DNA of 6,059 nt from a virus (Duplodnaviria; Heunggongvirae; Uroviricota; Caudoviricetes), in the IMG/VR virus record IMGVR_UViG_2660238548_000015; one strand, 5' to 3'. This document shows positions 5,101 to 6,059 of this stretch, piece by piece. A model generated the notes under the pieces. The model was not told the origin of the DNA. It saw only the letters and a program-made list of their open reading frames with translations, and did not search any database. How positions within the stretch are numbered: the first letter of the stretch is position 1; every line of letters begins with the position of its first letter. Both the position numbers and the translations under genes were made by a program.

Positions 5101-6059
5101 TTATTTCACCTGTACCACCACAAACTCATCCGGGTCCGGCAACACCATCAGCGGCGCGGACTGCGTCATGGTAAATTCACGGGCGGGATCCCCCACCGTC
5201 AGCCAGTGTTTCGGATAACGGGAAGAGGCCACCACACCTTCGGACAACGCCTGCGCATCCTGAATGGCACCGTAACAACGGATCCCATCTGCAGCAGTAT
5301 TCCCCAGAACCAGCATGCCCTCCGGCAGATAACGTTTTTCGATACCGTCTTCTGCTATATAAGACGTTTTCGCCACCACAATGGCCAGATCGCCGTAATA
5401 CCCCTTGAAGGACACCACTGCGCCCAGATCTTTCACTGCCGTTTCGAGTTGAGAATTTGAACCGCGACGGGTATCCAGTTTTTCGCGGAACAGCTTAAAA
5501 CCATTCAGAAGACGCCAGACGGTACCGTCCATAATGGCAATATTCACAAGACCGCTGGCCTGGTCGCAGTAGAGGTCAAGATCATGTGTAGGATCGAACG
5601 TGTCACGATCCTGTTTTGACCACTCCTTACCACTACCCTGAGTGATGTTATTCTTCGTCGACCTGCCAAAATCGACCTCAATTTTCTCGAACTGGTCTCC
5701 TTCCATCGTATATTTGCCATACAACACAGCATTTACCGCCTGTATTTCTTCCACCTGGACAATCGCGTGCTCTTCCTGTTTGAGGTTATCGGTAATGATA
5801 CGCAGACGGCGGTAAGCCGGATCGTTCAGTTGAGCCGGATCTTCACCAGGAAGGCGCTCAACCGCCTGCTGGTAATTAAATTCGTGTTTCGGCTTGACGT
5901 AGCCCGGACGTAACACGCGGGTTTCACCACCACGATGACGCAGCACTTTTCCTTCAACAACCGGGGAGACATAGGCCGCCACCGGCGTTTTTCCGGTAAT
6001 TTTGTCCAGCATCACCTCTTCGGTATGGAAATTCACCGTACGGCGGAAAAACAGCTCCA
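5101..6059 (-). CDS. E: Major capsid protein E; 5' end (~20-40 codons) lies beyond the right edge
   Basis: Stop TAA at 5103..5101. The frame is open to the window edge and reads ...ELFFRRTVNFHTEEVMLDKITGKTPVAAYVSPVVEGKVLRHRGGETRVLRPGYVKPKHE...KLDTRRGSNSQLETAVKDLG...GDPAREFTMTQSAPLMVLPDPDEFVVVQVK, collinear with lambda gpE from about residue 25 as recalled. The track's 'M' at 6036 is an internal GTG (Val), not the true start. Confidence 0.95.
   Translation of the reverse strand, partial: ELFFRRTVNFHTEEVMLDKITGKTPVAAYVSPVVEGKVLRHRGGETRVLRPGYVKPKHEFNYQQAVERLPGEDPAQLNDPAYRRLRIITDNLKQEEHAIVQVEEIQAVNAVLYGKYTMEGDQFEKIEVDFGRSTKNNITQGSGKEWSKQDRDTFDPTHDLDLYCDQASGLVNIAIMDGTVWRLLNGFKLFREKLDTRRGSNSQLETAVKDLGAVVSFKGYYGDLAIVVAKTSYIAEDGIEKRYLPEGMLVLGNTAADGIRCYGAIQDAQALSEGVVASSRYPKHWLTVGDPAREFTMTQSAPLMVLPDPDEFVVVQVK

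Noticed and set aside
3502-5732. Assorted 60-160-aa ORFs antisense to or nested in U, Z, FII, FI and E (3502..3978+, 3596..3928+, 4006..4191+, 4019..4201+, 4839..5174+, 5206..5460+, 5544..5732-)
   Set aside because: All lie within or opposite genes with strong homology-supported frames. None has a convincing RBS or recognisable motif; they are shadow ORFs of GC-rich coding DNA.
1-6059. CRISPR arrays, tRNA/rRNA genes, IS elements or att sites
   Set aside because: No direct-repeat/spacer periodicity, no tRNA-like cloverleaf candidates and no terminal inverted repeats with transposase ORFs were seen. The window is internal to the prophage, so attachment sites are not expected.

Overview
This window is the head-to-tail structural (late) module of a lambda-like enterobacterial prophage, read on the minus strand, with one antisense cargo gene. 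Gene order from high to low coordinates is: major capsid protein E (5' end off-window), FI, FII, Z, U, V, G and T (with the GGGAAAG -1 frameshift site intact), a 63-codon remnant of tape-measure gene H, the last ~45 codons of tail-assembly gene I, a plus-strand cassette encoding periplasmic Cu,Zn superoxide dismutase SodC, and the start of host-specificity gene J (runs off the left edge). H is fused to the end of I by an internal deletion, so most of H, all of M, L and K, and most of I are missing and the element looks tail-defective. The sodC cassette has its own RBS and two terminator-like hairpins, the organisation of a phage 'moron'. All protein assignments come from reading the translations against lambda and SodC sequences recalled from memory; no search was run. 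I see no CRISPR array, tRNA, rRNA or IS element, and no convincing evidence of a previously undescribed system. The points worth a second look are the sodC cargo in a deleted tail module, the H'-'I deletion junction, and a terminator/RBS-sequestering hairpin switch between E and FI.
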